Assembly (NCBI GenBank): GCA_005240145.1
Contig: SBAS01000074.1
Span: forward strand, 1,712 to 65,711
Direction of reading: 5' to 3'
From: Nitrosomonadales bacterium
GTDB lineage: Bacteria; Pseudomonadota; Gammaproteobacteria; Burkholderiales; SG8-39
Length of the DNA stretch: 64,000 nucleotides
The position numbers and the translations under genes were made by a program. Positions 36,359 through 45,198 of the stretch are shown here, piece after piece. The notes under the pieces were generated by a model. It did not search any database, had not been told where the DNA came from, and worked only from the letters and a program-made list of their open reading frames with translations. The stretch's first letter is position 1. The number at the start of each line of letters is the position of its first letter.

Positions 36359-37372
36359 ATGTTCCTCCGCAATTGCTGGTACGTCATCGCCTGGGATCAC
36401 GAGGTGCCCGCGGACGGGTTGTTCGCGCGCACCGTCCTGAACGAGCCGATCGTCGTGTTCCGTACCGCCAGCGGTTTTGCCGCGCTGGAAGACCGCTGCT
36501 GCCACCGCCACGCGCCCCTGTCCAAGGGACGCAAGGAGGGTGACCACGTGCGCTGCGGCTATCACGGGCTCAAGTTCGACGCGGTTGGCCAGTGCGTGGA
36601 TGCGCCGGGGCTGGACCGTATTCCACCGCAGGCGAAAGTACGAACCTATCCGCTCGTAATGCGCAACAAGTGGCTCTTCGTCTGGATGGGCGATCCGGTC
36701 ATGGCTGAAGAACGCCTGCTGCCCGACAACTACTCCAACGACCATCCCGATTGGCGCAACAAGCCCGGCTACATGCACTACGACACGCCGTACCTGCTGA
36801 TCTGCGACAACCTGCTCGATTTCTCGCACCTGTCCTACGTGCACGAGAAAACGCTCGGCGGCTCTACCGCGATCGCACAGGCGCGCCCCGAGATCGAGCC
36901 GCTGGAACGCGGCGTGCGCGTGTCGCGCCGCGTGCCCGACGTGCCATCGCCGCCGTACTACCAGAAGATCCGCTCCTTCAAGGGCAACGTGGATCGCTGG
37001 TTCATCTACGATTTCCTGTTTCCGGGCACGCTGCTGATGAGCTCGGGCGGCAAGCCCACGGGACAGAAGGAGGCCGATCCGGCCAACTCGGTGCTGCTGC
37101 ACAGCTGCCAGACGCTCACGCCAGAAACCGACGCCAGCACGCACTATTTCTTCCAGCAATCGCACCGCGCCGACGGCGGCGACGCCTCGGTGACCGAAGG
37201 CATCTACCAGAGCCTGCTCACCGCGTTCAACGAGGACCGCGACATGATCAGCGCGCAGCACGCGGCGATCCAGCGCAATCCCGGCGCGGCGATGCTGCCC
37301 TTGGGTATCGATGCGGCGCTGGTGCGTTACCGCAAGGCGCTGGACGAGGCCATCGCGCGCGAGCGCGTCTAG
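36359..37372 (+). CDS. Rieske [2Fe-2S] oxygenase, vanillate-O-demethylase (VanA)-like
   Basis: MFLRNCWYV...CCHRHAPLSKG...CGYHGLKF Rieske motif, then DNLLDFSHLSYVHE non-haem-iron motif. Confidence 0.8.
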   Translation: MFLRNCWYVIAWDHEVPADGLFARTVLNEPIVVFRTASGFAALEDRCCHRHAPLSKGRKEGDHVRCGYHGLKFDAVGQCVDAPGLDRIPPQAKVRTYPLVMRNKWLFVWMGDPVMAEERLLPDNYSNDHPDWRNKPGYMHYDTPYLLICDNLLDFSHLSYVHEKTLGGSTAIAQARPEIEPLERGVRVSRRVPDVPSPPYYQKIRSFKGNVDRWFIYDFLFPGTLLMSSGGKPTGQKEADPANSVLLHSCQTLTPETDASTHYFFQQSHRADGGDASVTEGIYQSLLTAFNEDRDMISAQHAAIQRNPGAAMLPLGIDAALVRYRKALDEAIARERV

Positions 37373-37515
37373 CCGAGCGCGGCCAGATCTGCGGCAGACA
37401 GGACCAGCGCGGCGGCGCGATCCTTCGGCGGCCCCCACACATTCGGCCCGCATACCCGCATCGCGCCGAAGCCCAGGCGATGGACGTTCATGTCCGCAAT
37501 CTGGATGTTTTTCAT
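37369..37515 (-). pseudogene. N-terminal remnant of an aldo/keto reductase gene
   Basis: MKNIQIADMNVHRLGFGAMRVCGPNVWGPPKDRAAA... matches AKR N-termini for about 35 aa, then degenerates and stops at 37369. The remainder of the 573-aa track ORF upstream is antisense shadow. Confidence 0.45.
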
Positions 37516-37560
37516 GGCTGCCACTTGTGCCAGACTAGCATTTGAAGGAGGGGGTGAGGC

Positions 37561-38823
37561 ATGTTCAAGGACCGCTACGGACTGGAATTGAGCGTGGGAT
37601 CGGCGGCGGCGCGCGACGACTACGTCGCCGCGGTGGACTGCATTTTCGCCGCGACGGTGGGTGCGGAGGAGCACCTGGGCCGCGCCATCCAGGCCGAGCC
37701 GGAATTCGCGCTGGGGCACGCAGCGCTGGCAAGGGCGCATTTCATCCTCGCCAGGGTTTCCGAGGCGCGGGCCTCGGCGGCGCGTGCGCGTGAACTTGCC
37801 GCGCGCGCGACCGCGCGAGAGCAAGGCCACGTGAATGCAATCTCCCTTGCCATCGAGGGCAAACCCGTGGATGCGCTCGCGGCGACGCGCGAGCACATCA
37901 CCCGGTTCCCGCGCGACGCGATGGTGCTCAACCCCGCCACCGGCGTTTTCGGCCTGATCGGCTTCAGCGGCCGGCAGGAGCGCGAGCCCGAGCACTACGA
38001 GATTCTGCGCAACGTGGCGCCGGCCTATGGCGAGGATTGGTGGTTCGACATGGCCTTCGCCTTCGCCGCCTGCGAGGTCGGCCGGCTCGATGAGGCGCGC
38101 AAGCTGATCGAGCGCAGCATGGCGGCGAACCCCGCCAATGGCCACGGCGCGCACATCAAGGCGCATGTCCTGTACGAGTGTGGCGAGCCGGGCGCAGGTC
38201 TGGATTACCTGAAGAGCTGGATGCCGGGGTACAAGCGCGAAGCGCTCATGCACTGTCACCTGTCGTGGCATATCGCGCTCTTCGCGCTTGGCCTTGGCCG
38301 CACCGAGGAGGCCTGGCAGGCCTACCGCAGCGCAGTGCATCCCGGCGGCTCCTGGGGGCCTGCGCTCAACGTGGCGACCGATTCGGTATCGTTTCTCTGG
38401 CGCGCGGAGCTCGCGGGGCAGCCGCGCGACGCGGCGCTGTGGCGCGAAGCGCTCGATTACACGCGGCAGCAGTTTCCGAAAACCGGCATCGCTTTCGTCG
38501 ATGTGCACGCCGCTTTCGCCTGCGTGGCGAACGGCGACTCGGAGGGCCTGGGCAAGCTGGCAGAGGAACTGCGCACCCGCGTGAGCGCCAATCGCCTGCC
38601 TGCCGGCAGTGTCGTGCCGCAGCTTGCCGAGGGCCTGGGCGCTTACGGCGCGGGGCAGTGGGAACGGGCCGCCGAGTTGCTGCGCAAGGCGCTGCCCGAA
38701 ACCGTGCGCATCGGCGGCAGCCGCGCGCAGCGCGACCTGGTGGTGAAAACGCTCGCCGCGGCCTACCTGAAGGCGGGACGGAGCGCCGAGGCGCAGGCTC
38801 TGCTGGCGCAGCGGGTGGCGTGA
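37561..38823 (+). CDS. TPR-like helical repeat protein (TTC38-like family)
   Basis: 420 aa, all-helical, with repeats (EPEFALGHAALARAHF..., WWFDMAFAFAACEVGRLDEARKLIERS...). Confidence 0.65.
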   Translation: MFKDRYGLELSVGSAAARDDYVAAVDCIFAATVGAEEHLGRAIQAEPEFALGHAALARAHFILARVSEARASAARARELAARATAREQGHVNAISLAIEGKPVDALAATREHITRFPRDAMVLNPATGVFGLIGFSGRQEREPEHYEILRNVAPAYGEDWWFDMAFAFAACEVGRLDEARKLIERSMAANPANGHGAHIKAHVLYECGEPGAGLDYLKSWMPGYKREALMHCHLSWHIALFALGLGRTEEAWQAYRSAVHPGGSWGPALNVATDSVSFLWRAELAGQPRDAALWREALDYTRQQFPKTGIAFVDVHAAFACVANGDSEGLGKLAEELRTRVSANRLPAGSVVPQLAEGLGAYGAGQWERAAELLRKALPETVRIGGSRAQRDLVVKTLAAAYLKAGRSAEAQALLAQRVA

Positions 38824-39572
38824 GGCCGGACGCGGAAGAGGTGCGCACCTGGGTGGACGATGCCCAGCGCATCGTCGTGCTGACCGGCGCGGGAATTTCC
38901 ACCGATTCGGGCATTCCGGACTTCCGCGGTCCGCAGGGCGTGTGGACGAAGAATCCGCAGGCCGAGAAGCTCTCCAACATCCACTACTACATGGCCGATC
39001 CGGAAGTGCGCAAGGCCGCGTGGCTGGCGCGAACCGACCATGTCGCCTGGAACGCGAAGCCGAACCCTGGCCATTTCGCGCTCGCCGCACTCGAGCAGCG
39101 CGGCAAGCTGCATGCTCTGATCACGCAGAACATCGACGAGCTGCACCAGATGGCGGGCAATTCGCCGCAACGGGTGATCGAGGTGCACGGCACCATGAGG
39201 AAGGTGGTGTGCATGGGCTGCGGCATGCTCGCGCCGATGCAAAAGGCGCTCGACCGGGTGCGCGCAGGCGAAGCCGATCCGCCCTGCCGCGATTGCGGCG
39301 GCATCCTGAAGAGCGCCACCATCTCCTTCGGCCAGGCCCTGGTGCCGGAAGTCATCGACCACGCGATGCGGGTTGCGGGCGATTGCGACCTGTTCCTCTC
39401 CATCGGCACCAGCCTGCAGGTCTATCCGATCGCGGGCGTGGTGCCGCTCGCGCGCAACGCGGGCGCGAAGATCGTGATTCTGAACGCGGAGCCGACGCCC
39501 TACGACAATATCGCCGACGCGGTATTTCGCGACCCGATCAGCGCGACCCTGCCGCGCCTCTGTGCGGCCTGA
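38820..39572 (+). CDS. cobB: NAD-dependent protein deacylase (sirtuin, CobB-like)
   Basis: LTGAGISTDSGIPDFRG, QNIDELH, EVHG, a Zn ribbon (CMGCG...CRDCGG) and LSIGTSLQVYP. The GTG at 38820 overlaps the upstream stop. Confidence 0.85.
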   Translation: MRPDAEEVRTWVDDAQRIVVLTGAGISTDSGIPDFRGPQGVWTKNPQAEKLSNIHYYMADPEVRKAAWLARTDHVAWNAKPNPGHFALAALEQRGKLHALITQNIDELHQMAGNSPQRVIEVHGTMRKVVCMGCGMLAPMQKALDRVRAGEADPPCRDCGGILKSATISFGQALVPEVIDHAMRVAGDCDLFLSIGTSLQVYPIAGVVPLARNAGAKIVILNAEPTPYDNIADAVFRDPISATLPRLCAA

Positions 39573-39574
39573 AC

Positions 39575-41125
39575 ATGGCGGAAGAAGGCTACCAGCTCAG
39601 CTACGCGCCCTGCGACCGCCGGGTCCGGGTCGAGTTCGAGGGCACCTGGATCGCGGACTCCACTCGCGCGCTCGTGCTGCACGAGACGCGGCTGCCGCCC
39701 GCGTACTACTTCCCGTTCGAAGACGTGCGCATGGACCTGCTGCGCAAGACCGACTTCCACTCGCACTGCCCGTTCAAGGGCAACGCAAGCTACTGGTCGC
39801 TGCAGGTGGCGGAAAAGAGCGTTGAAAACATCGCCTGGGGCTACGAGGACCCGTTCCCCGAGGCCGAGCGACTGCGCGGCCACCTGTCCTTCTACCGCGG
39901 CAAGGTCTCCGCGCTCTACGAGGGCGACGACGAGGTGCCGTTCCTCGCCGCCGCGCCGGGCGCGGCGCACGGCAATCCCCTGGCCGCCTGGCTGCTCAAG
40001 GACGCGTGGAAGGCCGCCTCCAGCGCCGATCTCGCCGAGCAGTTCTTCCTCTTTCTCAAAGGCACGGGCTACCCGGTCGAGCGCAGCACGGTCATCATGC
40101 CTACGCTGCACCCGCAGATCTTCGCCACCGTGCTGGTGTGGCGCGCCGACGCGAGGGGTGTGCGCGTGGTGCACGAGCCGCACGACATCCTGCTGCAGCC
40201 GCGCTTCGCGGACAGCCCCTTCGCACCCATCATCCGCGGCGCCGGCGGCGTGCGGCGCCGCATCGAGGACCCGCAGGCGAAGCTCGACTTCCCGGTGGTG
40301 CGCGACCTGCACAAGGAGGGCGCGACCGACTACGTCGCGATGCCGTTCCGGTTTTCGGATGGCCAGATCAACGTCATGTCGATGACCTCGTTCGCGAAAG
40401 GCGGCTTCAGCGCGGCGCAACTCGGCCAGATGTACGAGGTCATGCCGATGCTCGCGCGGCTGTTCGAAGTGCACGCCCAGCGCCGCATCGCGACCGGGTT
40501 GCTCGAGACCTACCTCGGGCACAACAGCGGCAGGCGCGTGCTCGACGGCCTGGTGAAGCTGGGCGACGGCGAGCACATCGACGCCGTGATCTGGTTCTGC
40601 GACCTGAGGGACTCGACCCCCAACTCCGAGCGCCTGGGGCGCGAGGGCTTCCTGAGATTCCTCAACCACTTCTTCTACTGCATGGCGGGCGCGGTCATCG
40701 ACAGCGGCGGCGAGGTGTTGCGATACATCGGCGACGCGGCTCTCGCCATCTTCCCCACCGCCGGCGGCACCGCGCCCGCCTGCGAGAAAGCCGTCGCCGC
40801 CGCGCGGCTCGCCGTCGAGCGCGTGCGCACCGTCAACGCGCAGCACCCCGAAGCGCCGCCGATCAGATTCGGCATCGGCCTGCACCTCGGCAGCGTCACC
40901 TACGGCAACATCGGCATCCCGCAGCGCCTCGAATTCACCGTCATCGGCCCCGCCGCCAACGAAGCCGCCCGCGTCGAATCCATGACCAAGGACCTCGGCC
41001 ACGCCGTCCTCGCCTCCGGCGCCTTCGCCGCCGCCTACCCCGGCAAGCTCACCTCCGTCGGCCGCCATCGCCTCAAGGGCGTGAGCGCAGAGCACGAGCT
41101 CTTCACCCTCCCCGATCAGCCGTAG
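39575..41125 (+). CDS. DUF427 domain + sensor-like middle domain + class III adenylate/guanylate cyclase
   Basis: The N-terminus (RVRVEFEGTWIADSTRALVLHETRLPPAYYFP...HCPFKGNASYW) is DUF427-like. The C-terminus has VIWFCDLRDST, RYIGDAALAIF and TVIGPAANEAARVE, class III cyclase motifs. Confidence 0.8.
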   Translation: MAEEGYQLSYAPCDRRVRVEFEGTWIADSTRALVLHETRLPPAYYFPFEDVRMDLLRKTDFHSHCPFKGNASYWSLQVAEKSVENIAWGYEDPFPEAERLRGHLSFYRGKVSALYEGDDEVPFLAAAPGAAHGNPLAAWLLKDAWKAASSADLAEQFFLFLKGTGYPVERSTVIMPTLHPQIFATVLVWRADARGVRVVHEPHDILLQPRFADSPFAPIIRGAGGVRRRIEDPQAKLDFPVVRDLHKEGATDYVAMPFRFSDGQINVMSMTSFAKGGFSAAQLGQMYEVMPMLARLFEVHAQRRIATGLLETYLGHNSGRRVLDGLVKLGDGEHIDAVIWFCDLRDSTPNSERLGREGFLRFLNHFFYCMAGAVIDSGGEVLRYIGDAALAIFPTAGGTAPACEKAVAAARLAVERVRTVNAQHPEAPPIRFGIGLHLGSVTYGNIGIPQRLEFTVIGPAANEAARVESMTKDLGHAVLASGAFAAAYPGKLTSVGRHRLKGVSAEHELFTLPDQP

Positions 41126-42252
41126 GGCGTTTCGCGCTTGCGCTTGAAAGGATAGGCGAGCTGCCCGAGGTAGCTCTCCGGCGGCTGGAACTTCACCGTG
41201 CCGTACCTCTTCGGCCAGTGGTCTGGCAGGTGGGCGGTGCCGAAGAGCCAGTCCCAGAACGGCAGGAAGGCGGCGAAATTCTTGTCCAGGCCTTCCTCGT
41301 CGGAGGTGTGGTGCCAGTGGTGGTACTCGGGTGTGGCGATCAACCAGCGCAGCACGGGAAAACGCCAGCGTGTGTTGGAGTGGATGTAGACCGCGTGGAT
41401 GGAGACGAAGGCGACGTAAGTGACCAGCGTCGTCGGCGAGAAACCGAGCACGAAAATCGGCACGAAGGCGGCCGCGCGGGTCAGGAGCGAGTCGACGAGG
41501 TGCATGCGCGACCCGGCGAGCCAATCCATCTCCCGGCTGGAATGGTGGATGGCGTGGAAGTGCCAGAGGAACGGCAGCTGGTGGAAACCGCGGTGCACCC
41601 AGTAGGTGACGAAGTCCGCCGCGAGCAGGATTTCGAAGAACTGCAGCCACACCGGCTGCTGCGCCACGACCTTCTGCAGCTCGAACTGGACCGCCCAGGA
41701 AAAGAATGCTTGTGCCGGGATGAGGACGGCAAAGGAGAGCAGCTGCACGCCCGCGTGGCTGACGAAGAAATGCTTCAGGTCGGTCTGCCAGCCCTTGCGG
41801 AAGATGCGCTGCGGGTGCAGGGCGAAGGCGCGCTCGAGCGGAATGAAGAGCAATCCCAACAGCAGCAGTTCGAGGACGAAATAGTCCAGGCCCGCGCTCA
41901 CGGTGGCAGCGCCTGTTTCCACGGATTCGGTGAATCTCATCAGGAGCGCCACGACACCCAGGCCCATGCCGAGCAGGCCGTGCGCCTTCGAGCGCAGGAG
42001 CAGCACGCTCGCGGCGCCAAGGACGAAAGTCGCGCCGATGCTCGTCCACAGGATGCTCCTGAAAATGCCCAGGTTCGCCTTGTAGAAGGGCAGCGCTTCG
42101 CGCGTCACGAGCAGGTCCGGGAAGAGGAAGCAGGCCTCAGCCAGCACGCACAGCACGCCGAGAAGACCGGAGGTCACGCCGGCCCGCTTGCCCAGGTCGA
42201 CGCGCAGGCGCCGGTTCATTTGAGCAGGAGATCGAGGAGGCGATTGAGCCAC
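41116..42252 (-). CDS. fatty acid hydroxylase / sterol desaturase family membrane protein
   Basis: Multi-TM N-terminus plus His boxes (HRGFH, HAIHHS, HHWHH). Confidence 0.8.
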   Translation of the reverse strand: MAQSPPRSPAQMNRRLRVDLGKRAGVTSGLLGVLCVLAEACFLFPDLLVTREALPFYKANLGIFRSILWTSIGATFVLGAASVLLLRSKAHGLLGMGLGVVALLMRFTESVETGAATVSAGLDYFVLELLLLGLLFIPLERAFALHPQRIFRKGWQTDLKHFFVSHAGVQLLSFAVLIPAQAFFSWAVQFELQKVVAQQPVWLQFFEILLAADFVTYWVHRGFHQLPFLWHFHAIHHSSREMDWLAGSRMHLVDSLLTRAAAFVPIFVLGFSPTTLVTYVAFVSIHAVYIHSNTRWRFPVLRWLIATPEYHHWHHTSDEEGLDKNFAAFLPFWDWLFGTAHLPDHWPKRYGTVKFQPPESYLGQLAYPFKRKRETPYG

Positions 42253-42275
42253 CCACTCGCCGTGCAGTCCCGCAT

Positions 42276-42518
42276 CTAGAGCAATTCCTTCAGCGCCGCG
42301 ATCTCTGCAGCGGCGGAAAACTCGTTCGGGAACTGGCGCTTCGCCTGGCGGTACCAGTAGCGCGCATTGGGCAGGTCGCCTTCCATGACATGCACGATGC
42401 CATGCGCCCAGCAGCTCAAAGGCGACTCCTCGTCCTTCTGCACGATCTCGTGTGCGGCTTTCCAGTCGCCGCGCTCGAGGTGGGCTACAGCAGATCGAAG
42501 TACTCGCGGTGCTCCCAT
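42276..42518 (-). CDS. small conserved hypothetical protein (about 80 aa)
   Basis: MGAPRVLRSAVAHLERGDWKAAHEIVQKDEESPLSCWAHGIVHVMEGDLPNARYWYRQA... Overlaps the GS-like 3' end by 34 nt. The start is uncertain. Confidence 0.5.
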   Translation of the reverse strand: MGAPRVLRSAVAHLERGDWKAAHEIVQKDEESPLSCWAHGIVHVMEGDLPNARYWYRQAKRQFPNEFSAAAEIAALKELL

Positions 42519-43885
42519 TCGCTCACCTCGCGGTCGTCCCCGGCATCCTTGTTGGCAAGGTTGAATCGCTCGATCTCGGCCTCCTTGATGCGGCAATAGT
42601 AATCGACGAAGACGGAACCCATTCCTTCGCGCAGGACTTTGCTCGCTTTCAAGTGTTCAATCGCTTCTTTCAGCGATCGCGGCAGGAGCTGTGCCTTGGA
42701 TTCGTACGGAGTCTTCTCGGCTTCACCCAAAGCAAGCCTGCTATGAATCCCATCCATCCCGCAGTGAATCTGGGAAGCGAAGTACAGGTAGGGATTCGCT
42801 CCGGGCTCGCCGATGCGGTTCTCGATGCGGGTCGCCGGGTCGCCCGCGCCGCCAAGCACGCGCAGCATGGCGCCGCGGCTGTCGCGGCCCCAGATGACGC
42901 GCTCCGGCGCAAGCGAATAGGGGCGGTAGCGCTTGTAGCCGTTGATGGTCGGTGTAGCAAACGCTGCCGATGCCCGGCCATGTTCGAGTAGCCCGGCAAG
43001 AAATTTCTTTCCGGTTGGCGACAAAAAGTCCTTGCCGGAAACAAAAGCATTCTTCCCGCCCTGCAACAGACTTTGATGCAAATGCCAGCCGCTTGACATG
43101 ACGTTGGGCAGCTTCGGGCGGCACATGAAGGTGACGTGGTAGCCGTGCCGCCGCAGCGCCTGCTTGGCTGCACTGCGCAAGAGCAGCATGGTGTCGGCGG
43201 CGGCGAGGCCCTCCTGGGCGCTCAGCGTGATCTCCGCCTGGCTCGGGCCGAATTCGCATTCGAAGCTGCGCAGCGGCAGGCCGAGGCCCGTGAAACTGGC
43301 ACGCAGGATCTCGAGCGCGGGTTCCAGCTGGTCGAAGCGCGCCTCCGAGAGCAGCTGGTAGCCGGTGTTGAGCAGTTCCACCGCCGGCGGCGAGCCCGGC
43401 TGGCCGGCATCCTCCGGGCGCAGGCGCGCATCCGTGATCCGAAAGATGTGGAATTCCACTTCCAGCCCCGCGAGGAAGCCGTAGCCCGCCCGGGCGAGCT
43501 TCGCGAGTGCGTCCTTGAGGAGCGCGCGCGTGTCGAAGGGCAGGGGTTTGCCGTTGGGAAACCTGAGGTCGCAGAGCAGCCAGCCCGTCCTGTGCGCCCA
43601 GGGCAGCACGCGGAAGGTCGCCGGATCCGCAACCATCACAGCGTCGGCAGCGCCTTCGAACTCCGGCATGCCGATTCCCGCGCCCGGAGTGAACACCGGG
43701 AACACAGTCTTGTTGGACGTGTCCTTGAAAAGCAGGGAGCTCGGAAACCCGACCCCGCTCTTCAGCGCCGCGGGGACTTCTGCGGCGGCGATGGACTTGC
43801 TGCGAAGGATTCCGTGCTGGTCGGCGAAAGAAAATCGTACGGTTTCGATCTTCCTGCTCTTGATTTCCTTCAACAGCTCCTTCAT
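42485..43885 (-). CDS. glutamine synthetase family protein (gamma-glutamyl-amine ligase-like)
   Basis: 466 aa with a GS beta-grasp N-terminus and catalytic-domain motifs (GLEVEFHIF, MSSGWHLHQS, NGYKRY). Confidence 0.85.
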   Translation of the reverse strand: MKELLKEIKSRKIETVRFSFADQHGILRSKSIAAAEVPAALKSGVGFPSSLLFKDTSNKTVFPVFTPGAGIGMPEFEGAADAVMVADPATFRVLPWAHRTGWLLCDLRFPNGKPLPFDTRALLKDALAKLARAGYGFLAGLEVEFHIFRITDARLRPEDAGQPGSPPAVELLNTGYQLLSEARFDQLEPALEILRASFTGLGLPLRSFECEFGPSQAEITLSAQEGLAAADTMLLLRSAAKQALRRHGYHVTFMCRPKLPNVMSSGWHLHQSLLQGGKNAFVSGKDFLSPTGKKFLAGLLEHGRASAAFATPTINGYKRYRPYSLAPERVIWGRDSRGAMLRVLGGAGDPATRIENRIGEPGANPYLYFASQIHCGMDGIHSRLALGEAEKTPYESKAQLLPRSLKEAIEHLKASKVLREGMGSVFVDYYCRIKEAEIERFNLANKDAGDDREVSEWEHREYFDLL

Positions 43886-45198
43886 GCGGCCTTGGCGGTC
43901 CAGGGCGCGCGGTTCCTGCGAGCCGCGTCGGCTTCCTTGTAGTAGTCCTCCCAGCGCCCGGTCGGGCCGATGCCATCCACCGCAGGTGGCCCGGTGAGGG
44001 CGGAGGCCTGAGCGGCATCGAGCATCATCATCGTCTTTTCTCCGCGGGAATTCCTGTTTATGGCATCAACGAGCAGGCGCCGGTAAAGAACAATTCCCTT
44101 GTCGCTGCTGCCGAGGTTCTCCTTCGTGCGGTCGGCGATCTGTCCGGGCGACTCGCAGGCGAACTGGTCATGGATGTTGATATCGAAGCCCATGCCGGTA
44201 TAGGTGGCCTTGCGCTGCTGCTCGGCGTCGAAACCCCAGCCATTGGCGCGGTTGTGGATCGGCTTGTAGTCGGGCGCGGGGTAGGTCTTGAGGCGCTGCT
44301 CGCGCATGGTCTTCTTGTCCACCGGCGTGGTGAAACTGGTGAAGATCGAGTACCAGTAGCAACCGCGATCGTCCACCGGCACGTGCCACTGGGTGATGGT
44401 CATCTCAGCGTTCATCGGGATGACGAAGGTCTGCGGGAAGAGGAGGTGTGTCGAACGCCCGTGCGTCTGTAGTTCGTCGATCTTGCGCAGGGTAATCAGG
44501 CGCATGCCGTAGTCGGTGCGCGCCACCGTGATTTCGGGCTGGTCGTATTCGCGCAGCACCTTCGAGATCGGCAGCTCGGAGTCCAAAGGTCTGCCGCGGA
44601 ACTGCTTGCCGTAGCTTCCCGCCGTGTCCTCGTCCTCGAAATAGCGGTGCAGGAAGGAGGCGTGCGACGGGTCGATGCCCACTTCCAGCGCCTGCAGCCA
44701 GTTGCAGTCCCAGTAGCCCTTGAAGGCGAAGGTATAGGCGTCCGGCGCCGTGAAGCAGTCGAAATGCGGAAATGCGGAAGGCTCGGCCGCGCCCAGCCAC
44801 GCGAACAGGATGCCGCTGCGCTCCGCCACCGGGTAGGAGCGCTGTTTGACGTGTTCGCACAAACGGCTGCCCTTGCCTTCGGCTGGCGTCTCCAGGCACT
44901 TGCCGCTCACGTCGAACAGCCAGCCGTGGAACACGCAGCGCAGGTTCCCGTCCTCGTAACGCCCGTAAGCAAGGTCCGCGCCGCGATGGGGGCAGTGACG
45001 ATCGAGCAAACCGAAATTATTGTTTTTATCCTTAAAAAGAACAAAGGATTCACCCAAAATCGTTCGCGCCAGAACCGGTCTCTCTCCCTGCAATTCATCC
45101 ACCAGCGCAACAGGTTGCCAGTAGTTGCGCAGCAGCTTGCCGGCCGGGGTACCCGGGCCGACCCGCGTCATCAATTCGTTCTGTTCCTGGCTAATCAC
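43882..45198 (-). CDS. Rieske non-haem iron oxygenase alpha subunit (homo-oligomeric, phthalate/KshA-like type)
   Basis: CPHRGADLAYG...CVFHGWLF Rieske motif and DPSHASFLH iron motif. Confidence 0.85.
   Translation of the reverse strand: MISQEQNELMTRVGPGTPAGKLLRNYWQPVALVDELQGERPVLARTILGESFVLFKDKNNNFGLLDRHCPHRGADLAYGRYEDGNLRCVFHGWLFDVSGKCLETPAEGKGSRLCEHVKQRSYPVAERSGILFAWLGAAEPSAFPHFDCFTAPDAYTFAFKGYWDCNWLQALEVGIDPSHASFLHRYFEDEDTAGSYGKQFRGRPLDSELPISKVLREYDQPEITVARTDYGMRLITLRKIDELQTHGRSTHLLFPQTFVIPMNAEMTITQWHVPVDDRGCYWYSIFTSFTTPVDKKTMREQRLKTYPAPDYKPIHNRANGWGFDAEQQRKATYTGMGFDINIHDQFACESPGQIADRTKENLGSSDKGIVLYRRLLVDAINRNSRGEKTMMMLDAAQASALTGPPAVDGIGPTGRWEDYYKEADAARRNRAPWTAKAA

Noticed and set aside
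38820-39572. SIR2 protein as a Thoeris/DSR-like anti-phage NADase effector.
   Set aside because: It has the complete canonical sirtuin deacylase motif set and a four-Cys zinc ribbon. It is about 250 aa with no TIR, SLOG or Ago partner, and there is no defence-island context.
37369-42279. Very long ORFs: 37369-39090 (-, 573 aa), 39500-42049 (-, 849 aa), 40006-42279 (+, 757 aa) and 38942-41125 (+, upstream part).
   Set aside because: Their translations are Arg/Pro/Gly/Ala-rich with no recognisable motifs. They lie antisense to, or out of frame with, well-supported genes (TPR, sirtuin, cyclase, desaturase). They are typical GC-rich shadow ORFs.
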